Shown: piece after piece, positions 1 through 10,600 of the stretch
How the letters are laid out: each line of letters opens with the position of its first letter
Position numbering within the stretch: the first letter of the stretch is position 1
Source of the DNA: Spirogloea muscicola
Taxonomy: Eukaryota
Direction: 5' to 3'
Assembly (NCBI GenBank): GCA_009602725.1
Contig: WELB01000015.1
Span: 908,470 to 955,581 of the forward strand
Length of the DNA stretch: 47,112 nucleotides
The notes under the pieces: generated by a model
Database searches by the model: none
What the model was told of the DNA's origin: nothing
What the model saw: only the letters and a program-made list of their open reading frames with translations
Translations under genes and position numbers: made by a program

Positions 1-175
1 CGGCGCCGCAGCGATGGCGGCCGGTGAGCCGGCGGTCAGCATCGCAGGCCCCCGGCTTGGCACAGCCGCCGCCGCCGCTGGCCCGCCATCGCCAAGACCG
101 CTGCCGTCAAGGCCGCCGCCAAGGCTGCAGCTCAAGGCGCCGCCAAGACCGCCGCCAAAGCCGCCGCCAAAGCCG

Positions 176-209
<34 letters not shown>

Positions 210-1154
210 AGCCGCCCGGCGCCTCGCAACTGGCGGCAGGTCTTCTTGGGAGCCTGGTCGGATGGCGACGAGCCGGGGGAGGGGAGGGGACCAAGGCGGA
301 TTCTGGGCGAGGGGAGCCCCCCATCGCGTGAGCGGCGGGCGGGGAGGGAGGTGGGCCCCCCCCGCGCCCCCCCTCCTCCCCCGCCCCGCGGTCAAACGCC
401 GGATCGCGACGCGCGCCGCAGAACAACCCCTGAACTGTCTGCCGTCAGCAGAGCGCCGTCGTGGACGTAAAGCACAGACAGCTGCCGTCAGCAGAGCTTC
501 GTCGTGAAGCGAAAGAACAAATAATGTTGTCGTGTTTCTGGGCCAGGGGTCAGAAGACTCCCTGCCAGGTGGGCCCGGGCAGCCAAGTCGCGCGTCGCCA
601 CGCCCCGCGGGCCCCCCAGTGCTGTCGAATGGCGGCCCGCCAGGCGGGCGCGGCGTCACGCGCGGCACGTGGTGGGGCCCCGTCGGCGCCGTCCCCGTCG
701 GGTGGGGCCCGCCGCCCCGGCGTCCCGGGCACGGCAAACGGCGCCCGGCCGGCGCCGCTAACGGCAGCGGCCCCGCTTGACGGCGGACTCGGGTTGGGTC
801 CGCTCCGTACGCCGGACTTCCGTACGGCGTACGGCGCGCCCACGGTATCTCCGGGCCGGCGGCCCAACTGTCGGGCGCCAGATGATTGGCCGTCGGCCGG
901 ACGCCGCCCGTCGTCTGGGACGGTTCGTCGGGAGGCGGATTGAGCGACGTGTATTGCTGTAAACCGTCGATGTGTACCGAATCCGACGATACACAGGACT
1001 TCTTCGTCGCTCGGCGTGCGCTGCTGCCACGTGGCGACACGTGGCGCCGGCAGCCACAGAGGGGGTTAGTATGGGCGGCAGAGGTGTACTTACCGACGGT
1101 TGTTTAAGCACCGGTCGGCGAATTTCTGATTGGCTTCTTAATTCTCTGGAATGA

Positions 1155-3810
1155 TTTGGCTCTTCAAGAGAGAAGGCGCGCGGGGCGCATGAATTGAAAG
1201 GGAGGCCAATTCAAGCCAATACATTGTTCAGGCAGAGTCGAGTGCAGACTAAACAATGCTACATAATACGGAGACCTAATCTAAGGTACCTAAGAAGACG
1301 GCAACGGCTGTGATTCGTCATTGACGGACAAAGTTTGAAGGTGCCAGAAAACCGCTTTTTGGGCGGATCTAGGCTCCTCCGTGTTACCTGGCCCGCCCTG
1401 GCCCTCTGTCCCCGACGCTCGCCTAGCCTCTGCGTGCTGCGCGTACCCTGATTGCAGCAAGAAGAAAGTGCTCGCCCATTGAGAATAGGGGCTGGAACAA
1501 CCAGCCCAGCAAGACCCTTCCAGTAGAAGAAGGGGGGCTCGCCCATTGAGGGTAGGGGCTGGAAAAAGCCAGCCTAAAAAACGGACACAGGACGAGAAGG
1601 GGCCAGGGGAAGCACTAAGGGCAAACAAGCACAAAAAGAAACTAAGCAGCTACGAAGCACTCAGTAACCCCTGCTAAGCAGCTTAGGTCAGAGAGACTGA
1701 GTAGAGGGCGATGGCTGGATTGGCCAGCCCAGGAGGAAAGAGAAAACCGATTGCCGCTGGCTCGCTAGCTCCGATCTACCGTATGCGCCTCTCGGTCCGT
1801 AGCCCATGCCTTGCGCCTGCGTGCTGGCCGTGCTCTAGCTGCAGCCTCTGGCTTTCGTCAGAGGAACTTCTGGCTGCTTGTCTTTCGAGTTTGCGGCTCT
1901 TCACTCGTGTTTACTAAGTTATTCATCCCAGCGGGGGAGCTCTGAGACAGCGCTCTTGGCCCCTTCGGTCCTTGTCAATACGAAGGGCAGCAGAGCGAGC
2001 AGCCTGGCTTCAACGCTGCCGGGTCACTCGCTCAAGTGTTCCGGATGCGCTTGGCCATTTCCTTGCAGAGGTCCTTGCCTTCCCTGTCCACTTGCGTGCA
2101 GGCCGCGCCTTGGCTGCTGCCTCCGGGTTACGTCAGGGCGACGTCTTTCCGCCCGCTAGCTAATCTGACTTGCACTGATTAGAGGTTTCTGAGAGCCCCT
2201 TGCTGCCGTCTTTGCGATTAGCACCTTGCTTCTTGCGCCATCCGGCCCCTTCAGACCTTGTCCATTCCATTGGACTGGCGCCTCTCACAGCCACCAGTCC
2301 ATTTGGAAGCGCTGTTTCTCTTATCGGGCTGGCTGTTCACAGCTCTTGCCTCCTTTGGGAGAGCCACTTCTTTCTCTCTATCGGCTATCGTCTATCAGCT
2401 TTCCGGCTTGGGGGGAGAGACTCTTCCAGTAGAGGGCGTTGGCTGTGTTCGGCCAGCCCTGAAAAAGATAGCGCTTTTTGGCACCTTCGGACCTTGTCAC
2501 TCTCTGTCTAGCTTATTGAGATTATGTTGCCTAGCTGTGTGGTATTCATTCTCGGCCCCTTTTTGGCTCTTTAGACCTTGTCCATTCATTCTGAAGTGGC
2601 CTTTCTCAACCGCTTGTGGTTGCATGCTGGGGAGATGCGCATGCCCCACCCTCTCAGCGGAGAACCGCTGCAGTTTGCGGCGCCAATACCCCCTCTGTTG
2701 CCGGTGGTATTGGCTTGTCCGCCGGTGCGTAGGGGGCTGGCATATCCGCCGTATCGATGGTGAGGCGGGCGCCGCGGCGCTGGCTGACGTAAGACCAAAA
2801 CCATTCAAACAAAACCAACAAGCGGTTGCGAATGTAGCCAAATGTAGGTGGCTCTCTGCTTTGCTTATCTGGACCTACGCACATGAGTGTTTCTGATTTT
2901 GTTATCACAAGGTGTTGCGGTCTTGGATGCCTGTTTGGCTCTGGGCCTAGGCGTGATCGAGTGCCTGAGCTGAGATCACCCTTACTTAAGTCCCCTGATT
3001 TGTGTGGGCCAGAGCAACACCAGCCCAGCACATTGTCGCAGTGTCAGGCACGCCATGTTGCTTCTGCTGAATGAGCCCCAGTTTGTGGTGCAGCTAGTCC
3101 AACTCTGATTATGAAGACTGGGCTTGCCGCTCACAGCTATCCTGTGGAAGAGTACTTCTCGTTGGTAGAGGGCAGCCGAGAGAGAGAAGTGGCACTCCCA
3201 ATGGGGGCAAGGGCTGCGAAAAGCCAGCCCAGAAAGAATTGACAAAGGTTTGGAGGGGCCTACAAGCGATTAGCAGCCACAAAGGTGCTGGAAGATGCTA
3301 CGTCAGAACAGGGGGAGGATGGATCACTCAGTAGGTACGAGTGAGTAGCCTCAGATCCGACAGACTAGCTGCCGGGCAATTCCTCCACAGATATCTGTCC
3401 CTTTCCTTGTTCAGTCTGCTTTCCGGGCTGGCCTCTCCCAGCCACAGCCCTCTCCTGGAAGGAAAAGTTTGTGTATTTGAAACAAACGAAGGCCAAATGG
3501 CCAATTACAAAGGCAAGAACATCCTGGAAGCGTCTTTCTTCTTTTTTGTTTTCTAAGTCTTCTCGTCTTGCGCTGGCATTGCTTGCAGCCACTGCTTTGC
3601 TCGACAACTCAGAAAAGGGACGTGGTGAAACAGAGCCGCAAAAAAATTTCACGGGTTTTTTTCCAAGGCGGCGCAGGCTGCAAGTCGCTAGCCTAGATTG
3701 AGGCAATGGGTGGCGTCCGAGCACGGGCCCTGCTTCTCACGGACTACAAAGCGCGGCCTTCAGCGTTTGGGCTGTCTTCTCCTGCCCCTATCCTCAATGG
3801 GCGCGCCCTT
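1155..3810. mobile_element. Nest of degenerate 5'-truncated RLE non-LTR retrotransposon fragments (both strands)
   Basis: Minus copy 1167-~1700 (terminal motif, UTR, ORF end). Plus-strand ORF C-terminus relics at ~1750-1920 and ~1984-2180 (HLRAGRALAAASGLRQGDVFPPAS) followed by UTR modules. Minus fragment ~3110-3390. Confidence 0.8.
1167..1295 (-). repeat. Conserved 3' terminus of the retroelement family
   Basis: The 54-nt core (1167-1220) is identical to 4420-4473, 22420-22473 and the reverse complement of 12779-12832. About 128 nt are nearly identical to 22420-22547. Confidence 0.9.
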
Positions 3811-4412
3811 TCTTCAGCGTAACTTCGTGTAGTGAACAGCAAGCAGGGCGATGCTGAGGTGCCGCGCAACCTCAGTATCTCACGGTAGGAAAGAAATGCA
3901 AATCTAGGGTTTTGGTCTACGAACTGGCGGCAGGCAAGCAGCTGGATCTACAGACGAAAAAATGCCAGGCAGGTGGCTGAAGGAACGACCAGCTTGCAGA
4001 CGTGGCGCGAGGCTGGGCGCTACAGAGGTCGGCGAAGTGCTGTCAGCCCTACAGCGTGCAGCCGAAGCAAGGACATCCAACAGGCAGTAGCATTCGCTCC
4101 ACCTGGTCACGCAGCCCTCGTTGGATGCTGTGGGGCGCAGCCCACTTGGCGGAGCCCCCCCACCTGCGCCCACGCTTTGTCGTTCCTCCTCATTTGGTTG
4201 TCTGCATTTATCAAATTCCTCTGACCTTCGGGTTCTTCTAGCTGCCCACATTCTGTATCCTGCCATTGAGGTGTCATAAGTTGTTATATTAGCAGCAGGT
4301 GTGTAGCAACTTTTGACCAACATAATCCGTGCAAGACACCTGGGCGCCTGGGCGGCACCCCTGGACAGCCAAGCGACGATATCTCTGCTTGTCGGCGACA
4401 CTTCTCTGCCTT

Positions 4413-4489
4413 TTCTTACAGAGAGAAGGCGCGCGGGGCGCATGAATTGAAAGGGAGGCCAATTCAAGCCAATGCAATTCTTACAGAGA
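4413..4489 (-). mobile_element. Minimal 3'-terminus insertion with 12-bp target-site duplication
   Basis: ttcttacagaga at 4413-4424 and 4478-4489 flanks the 54-nt terminal motif. Confidence 0.8.
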
Positions 4490-4885
4490 AAGCTTTGCTG
4501 GCGATGATTCTCTGACATTGTGCCAGCCTGGCTACCGATGGAAGCGCAGATGTGTGTTGTCAGTCAAAGAAGGGTTGCTCGACGTGGAGTCACTGGAGTG
4601 ATGGGGTATACACCAAGGGGTTAAAATGGGCAGCTATTCCAGATATGTCAAGGTTGGGATGGATGCTATGGGTGGGAAGACGCATTTGTACTGAAGTCAG
4701 CAGCTTCCAGTGACGGATTGACACGCTTAGCACCACAGATTAGGGGAAAGCAGTCGTCCTTTTTTCTGTAAACGACAATGTGACTTCATTGCATTAAGTA
4801 TGAGTCGTGGATGTAATCAGTGGACGGCTGCGATCTACCATCTCTGCATCAGCCTGGGTGCAGCCGAGCTGAGGCTCATGCTTTG

Positions 4886-4941
4886 TCAACTGAAAGCTTG
4901 GCGGGTTTTACTTGAGTAAAACCCGCCAAGCTTTCAGTTGA
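4886..4941. repeat. Perfect inverted repeat, 27-bp arms, 2-nt spacer
   Basis: tcaactgaaagcttggcgggttttact-tg-agtaaaacccgccaagctttcagttga. Confidence 0.95.
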
Positions 4942-5339
4942 ATTGAAATTCAATTCATGCGCCCCGCGCGCCTTCCCCCCCCCCTCAGCTGATCGATGGG
5001 TTGCTGTGTCAAAGGAATCTGTAGTGCAGAAGTTGATGAGGCGAGGGGCCCCGGCCAGGCGATATCACGACGCGTCGGTTGTAGGGACGACCGTCGGCCA
5101 TTTTTGGCATGATGAACATGAAATCAACAACTCATAGCCAAGGGCAGCCACGCCAAAAGAGCTCCCCTGGTCCGCTTACTTATTTGAAATCCATCTGATC
5201 ACATGGTTTACCGGCAGCAGTGCGCCGCCCGCCGTTGTGCCAGCTGCCGGAGCAGTGGGAAGAGCCACTTGTACCGACGCTCGTCCGTCAGCCAGTCGCG
5301 TCCGTTCTGCATCCTCTCTCTACATACTCCGGCTCTTTG

Positions 5340-6240
5340 GGACCTGGGTCTTTCATGCCCGGCTTCAACGACGCCGGGTTGATTACCCAAGTGTTCCAAA
5401 TGCGGCTAACCATATCCTTCCTACGGTCCCAGACTCACGCAAAGCACTTGCAGGCAAGCCGCTCTATAGCTGCTGCTTTTGGGTCCTGGCAGGGTGTCTC
5501 TTTTCCAGCTGCAAGTTACTCCGACTTGCGGCTGCTGACTTGGGGTCACTAAGCTCTTATCTCTGTAGTCTCTTGCATAGCTGTGTGTTTTGGCGCCTTT
5601 TAGCCCTCTGGACCTTGTTCCTCCTTTCTGGGCTGGCCCCAGAGCTCACTTCCATTTATGTAGGCTGGCTATCACAGCCCCGCGCCCGTTTGGGAGAGCC
5701 ACTTTCTGCAGTCATTGCCTTCTTCAGAATAGCTTGCTTTATGTCTTCAACAGCCTCCGCCCCTTCGGAAGTGCTGCTTCTTTGGAGGGGGGAAAGACTC
5801 TTCCAGTATAAAGAAAGGGAAGAGAGGGAAAAGCTGCTTCGCCCATTACTGGAAAAGTCTTACCCTACAGGGAAAGAAGTGCTTGCCCACTGCCCCAGGG
5901 AAAGCAATGGGAAAGCGCTTCTCGGCCCTTCGGACCTTGTCATTCTTTTGGACTCATCAGGGGGATAAGTTTCCGGCAGCTAGTTTATCGGATTTGAGGC
6001 TCCTCACTCGTAACTACTGAGTGGTCCCTCCTCCCCCCGTTCTGACATAGTTTCTTCAGGCCCCTTTTGGACTGGCTGCTCACAGCCCTCGCCCCCTTTT
6101 GGAAGAGCCACTTTCTTCATAGTGCCCCTTCTTTCTTTTCTTGTCATTGTTTTCGGGCTGGCTTTTCACAGCCCTCAGCCCTCTCTATTAGGAGAGAAGT
6201 GGCTGTCCCAATGGGGGCAAGGGCTGTGAGAAGAAGTGGC
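5340..6240 (+). mobile_element. Degenerate retroelement ORF C-termini plus 3' UTR modules
   Basis: GFNDAGLITQVFQMRLTISFLRSQTHAKHLQASRSIAAAFGSWQGVSFPAASYSDLRLL (5360-5550); a second ORF end at ~5960-6020; several gggctggc...cagccc modules. Confidence 0.8.
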
Positions 6241-6950
6241 ACTCCCAATGGGGGCAAGGGCTGCGAAAAGCCAGCCCAAAAAGAATTGACAAAGGTTCGA
6301 AGGGGCCGAAAAAGCGTGGAGCAGCTACAAAGGGGACTGAAGAGGCTATGGTAGAGCAGGAAGAGGATGGATCAGTGACGAGTGAGGAGCCTCAGATCCG
6401 ACAGACTAGCTGCCGGAAAAGTATCCCCCTGTCGAAAGCCGGAGGCCGCAGCGAGAGCACGGCCAGCACGCAGATGCAGAGCGTGGGCCATGGACCGCTG
6501 AAGGGATACAGACAGTCTCATCCGGTAGACCTGGGCCCAGGAGCCAGCGGCGTTGAAGTTAGCCGGCTCGCCGCGTCTACGGTACACAGCCCGCCGTGCA
6601 AGCCTGGCCAGCAGGTCAAGCCACTGGGACCCGAGAGCCCCGTGTACGTCCACAGCCAAGAGGACGAACTCATCAGCAGGTGGGTGGTCGGAGTGCTTGG
6701 CCGCCTTGCTGCGAGCGGCCTTCGTGGCAGCGTGGCCAGCCCGCGAGGCAGAGAGCCCCAGGTTGGAGCGGTCGACCACATCGGTGGTGACTACATCGGC
6801 TATGATCCGCGCGCCACCTCCCGGCGTGGACGCCACCAGGTCCACACGACGCGTATGGTGTCCGTCAGCCACCGAGGCCCCCGTGCGAGACCGCCTGGCC
6901 AGGCCAGGTCGGCCACGTGCCAACTAGGTGTCCGTAACCACCTGTGTCAA
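6210..6950 (-). mobile_element. Longest copy: restriction-like endonuclease (RLE) domain of a CRE/R2-type non-LTR retrotransposon, 5'-truncated
   Basis: ORF 6372-6923 reads RRVDLV...IIADVVTTD...AATKAARSKAAKH...FVLLAVDVHGALG...RLSVSLQRSMAHAL. This fits the RxD / D / KxxKY / FxPxAx(E/D)xxG / LSxxLQR layout of CRE-clade RLE domains. No RT domain in the window. Confidence 0.75.
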
Positions 6951-7099
6951 CGCTCACAATAAGTGGGAACGTTACAGGTTGTACCTTACATTTTTATATT
7001 CTTTTTTGAACCAATTGCCCTTACTGATGTAAGAAGTGTGCTTCCTGGCTTTGCTCATCCTGGGGGTGCTAATTAATGCCTTGAGGATCACATGGTGGC

Positions 7100-10000
7100 A
7101 GATTAGTGAACCACAACAAAACTCAGATAAATCTTGGAGAGGTTGACAAGGTTCACATCCAACATCTGGTAAGGAAGAGCTTCTCCATCAAATCTGGAAA
7201 GGGATGACCTCTTCACAATATCAAGAATTTTGCTTGCAAGCAATTGCGCTGCCTGTATGGGCTTTGAACTGAGGCTGGAATTGATATCTAAAGACTGCCA
7301 TGATGTATCCAACGAAACCCACATTGGACTGCCTAAAGCAGGCTACGATAGCACACTCTGAGCGACTCATCAACATGAAAATGCACTCACAATAACACTC
7401 CATGATAACGAGACAACTTATTTATACCGTCTCCTACACTGTACATGGTCAAAACATGATCAGTCCAGTGTACCTCTGCTACCTCCTCTTTTGATAGTCA
7501 CCTTCCTTGCTTCAACAGGCAGCCTCCTCCAGCTTGTTGTACTGCTAACTATTGCACGCTCCTCTCTGAGCTTTTTCACCTCTCCGAACTACTTCAATCT
7601 CAGTCCCTCTTTCTTTGACTTCCTCCTCCCTTTCCCGATGTCGACCCCATCGTTCAACTCCATTGTATCCTTCCATCCACCTCCTCTTTTCTCTCCTTGC
7701 CTGCTGTGATATACACCAGCCAGCAAGAGCTTTACAAACCCTTCAAACCCTAGGTCCCTCCTTCAAGTCTTTACGCCTTCATGACTTTTTCCATTCTCAA
7801 TCTCATATCCTCCTCCTCTGTATTGGCACTTCTTTCCTCTTGCCTGCTGCTCTTCTCTGCCAGCCAGTAAGAGCTTCAAAGAGGTTCAGCCTCACTACTG
7901 GACTCAGGGCAACTTTGTCACTGAGAACGATAAAACAGAGCAGTGAAAGCTACTGAGATGCTGAGAAGCCCACAAAAACAGGTCCAAGATACCGCAAGTG
8001 CCTGCCAAAAAACATCGGGAGTGACACAGTAAATCTGGTAAATCTGGTATATCAATTATGGACGCTGAGGAATTGCAGCTTGATGAGGACAAGTCAGACA
8101 TCTGCGATACTGCTGATACAGACCAGTGGCAGCACTTGTCATTCTCCAACTCTCTTGCATACCCTTCTTCAACAACCTCTTTGGACACTCCAGATCTATC
8201 TCCCCTCCTTGTTCCATTATCTCCTTCCTTCCTACCTGCTTCTTCACTCTCCTTGACTGCTGTAATCCTCGCCAGCCAACTTGAGCTTTCAGTCCCTCTG
8301 CTGGAGCCGCGTGTCTTGTTGACTAAAAATCACTTGGCTTCTGTCAAAGGTCAACAATAGATTCGATCAGATTGCCTCTGCTTGACCACAATATTGCTCA
8401 TACATCTGTTGTGTTGGCCTACTTCCTCCTTCTCAGCTGGATAGTTGTCCCATTGCTCCAAGAGGTGACCTCTCAGTTCTCATTGAGCTCGTCTGGCGAA
8501 GCACACAGCAAGTCTAGTGGTTGTGCACCAGGATTTGAACATTACGATTGTCAAGTATTGATAAAAGCAAGCCTGCCACTCACCAAGACGGGGTTTGCAC
8601 TTGATGGAGAAAAGGCTCAGGCAAGAGATACTGATGATACCCCTTCGCCTCAACATCAAGCACTCGCAGGGCTAGAAAGAGTTGAACTGCAAAGTCATTC
8701 CGTGCTGCTTTCAATCTGTACGATGGACCCCGTGGCAAGGGAAGTGTCTGCTTGTAGGATAATACAACATCAAGAAATCAAGTCAGCTGTTGCTAACCAG
8801 CGCAGAGCTTCTACATGCAGACAGGCAGAGAGTAAGCAAGAGAGACTGACAGACGTGTAGGATCTATGACGAGCTGCACAATGATTCAGCAGTGCACAAC
8901 CATCAGTGCCAGCTGACTTTGCAGGAAGCAACTAGTCAAAAGGGAGCAGTTGCCTCACCCATGCTGTGGCACTCGGTTTCTGTCTCGGTTGCCCCTTCTG
9001 CAATAAATTATGTCCGCCGCTTTCAGCCTCTAAAGAGCGCGGATCCCATTGGACATCTGGCCGCTGGGAACCCTGCTCGAATAGCTGGTTTACCCAGCCA
9101 CCAACCCTCCATTCTTTTCTTGGTCCCTGCCACAAGGATGTCCGCTGCCTTAAGCCCCTAGAGAGTGCTGACCACGTCAGCCCTCCGGCCATGGAGGACC
9201 CTGCTCAAGCAGCTGCTTGAGCTGCTCGAGCAGGGCAAGGAAACAAGGACTTCTACAAACATCAGCATGGTTTCCTCATTGTCATCTCAGAAACCTCAGG
9301 GGCTAAACTGCTGACAACCAACAATGGAGCAGTAGGCAGCAAGTTTGTCAGTAGGTAGCACAACCTAGATCCAAGCTCTGTGGCAGCACAGGAAGACTTG
9401 GCACATAGGTACAGAATCAACATACCCTCCCGCACGCGTAATATGCATCGTAAGCAGCTGCCACGAAGTTCTCAACCACAGCTTTGGTCCCCTTGGAAGG
9501 GTCGCTGGTAGTCTTACAGACCTCTGTCGTATTGTGCAGAATGTGTCTGACAGCCTTCAGTGTGTGCTTTTCAAAAATTATTTGTGATTCCTCGCTGACG
9601 TCTGGCCACACTTTCAGCATATCTTCTCCAGATTCTTTGACAGTGGTGTGAAGCTTCATACACAAGCAGATAACCAACTCGGTCAGTTTTATCGTGCTTT
9701 TTCAATCAGATGAGTACTGTGCATGGGGTAAACAACATGGACGTTAATTTGTCAGTTATCTTGGTAAGTCGGAAATAAATTTGAATCACATGTACTTAGG
9801 CTCATCACTTTGGCAGGTATTGATATCAGACATCTTGACACAGCCTCCAATTTTCAGCAGCTGAGGGCTGCAGCAAAATGCTGTCTCGTGATTGCCAAGC
9901 CTTCAGTGACCATGCAGATATGAAGCTTTTTTGCTGACACGGGACATAGAGCCTCTCTTCGTCTGAAAGTCTGCTAAGATCTGGCCAGGAAGTGCAACAA

Positions 10001-10600
10001 GGCTTTCACCTACTGAAGCTGGCCTTGCAGACGAGTCCTCAGGAGGGCGCTGAGCTTCAGCCACACTGCTTGTCATCGATGCGAGTTGCTGCTCTGCAAG
10101 GCACACAGGCGTTGACTCAGGGCCTTCCCGAAGCGCCAGAAGGGGAGGCGACTGCGAGGTGCTTTGTCAGAAGTCGTCAGAAGCGCGGTGAGGCGCCGCC
10201 AGCAAGCCGTGCGCGCGCGGATGGAGTGTGTACTGAGTGTTGGAGGGCCCGAGTGGCCAAGCGGCGGCGCGGAGGGCAGCGGACGGGGCAGAGTGGCGCA
10301 GGCAGAGGCGGCGGCGCACGCGCGAGGCAAAGTAGCCAGTGCCAGCGGAGGCTGCCTACCTTGATGACGGATGGGCGCTGGGTGGCAGAAGTACTTGGAC
10401 TTTGCCGTCAGGTTTTGGACATCAACTAGCAACCTATACTTGCTGACCCGTAGTTATCAAGCGGGTCGGCTAAGCAGCAAGATGATGTAATCTGTAGGTT
10501 GCTTGTCTTTGTACTTTGTGGCCACTTAGGCCTTCATCACTCGCTTCAAATGTGCAAACCCGTTGAGGCGCACACTGTCGTCCAATCAGTGGCATCGATG
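7100..10600 (-). pseudogene. Probable decayed coding relic of unknown identity with E/K-rich coiled-coil-like segments
   Basis: Protein-like minus-strand stretches broken by stops and frameshifts (9417-9677 ending at a gtatgt donor; ALLEQLKQLLEQ ~9200-9235; EVKKLREER ~7550-7585). No recognisable domain. Confidence 0.3.

Noticed and set aside
1..1111. Long overlapping Pro/Ala/Arg-rich ORFs
   Set aside because: Explained by very high GC and (GCC)n repeats; no domain. The first ~250 bp could still be a gene or element end cut by the window.
6960..6990. gttaca / cttaca resembling an LTR 3' end
   Set aside because: No partner LTR, PBS, PPT or gag/pol sequence found.
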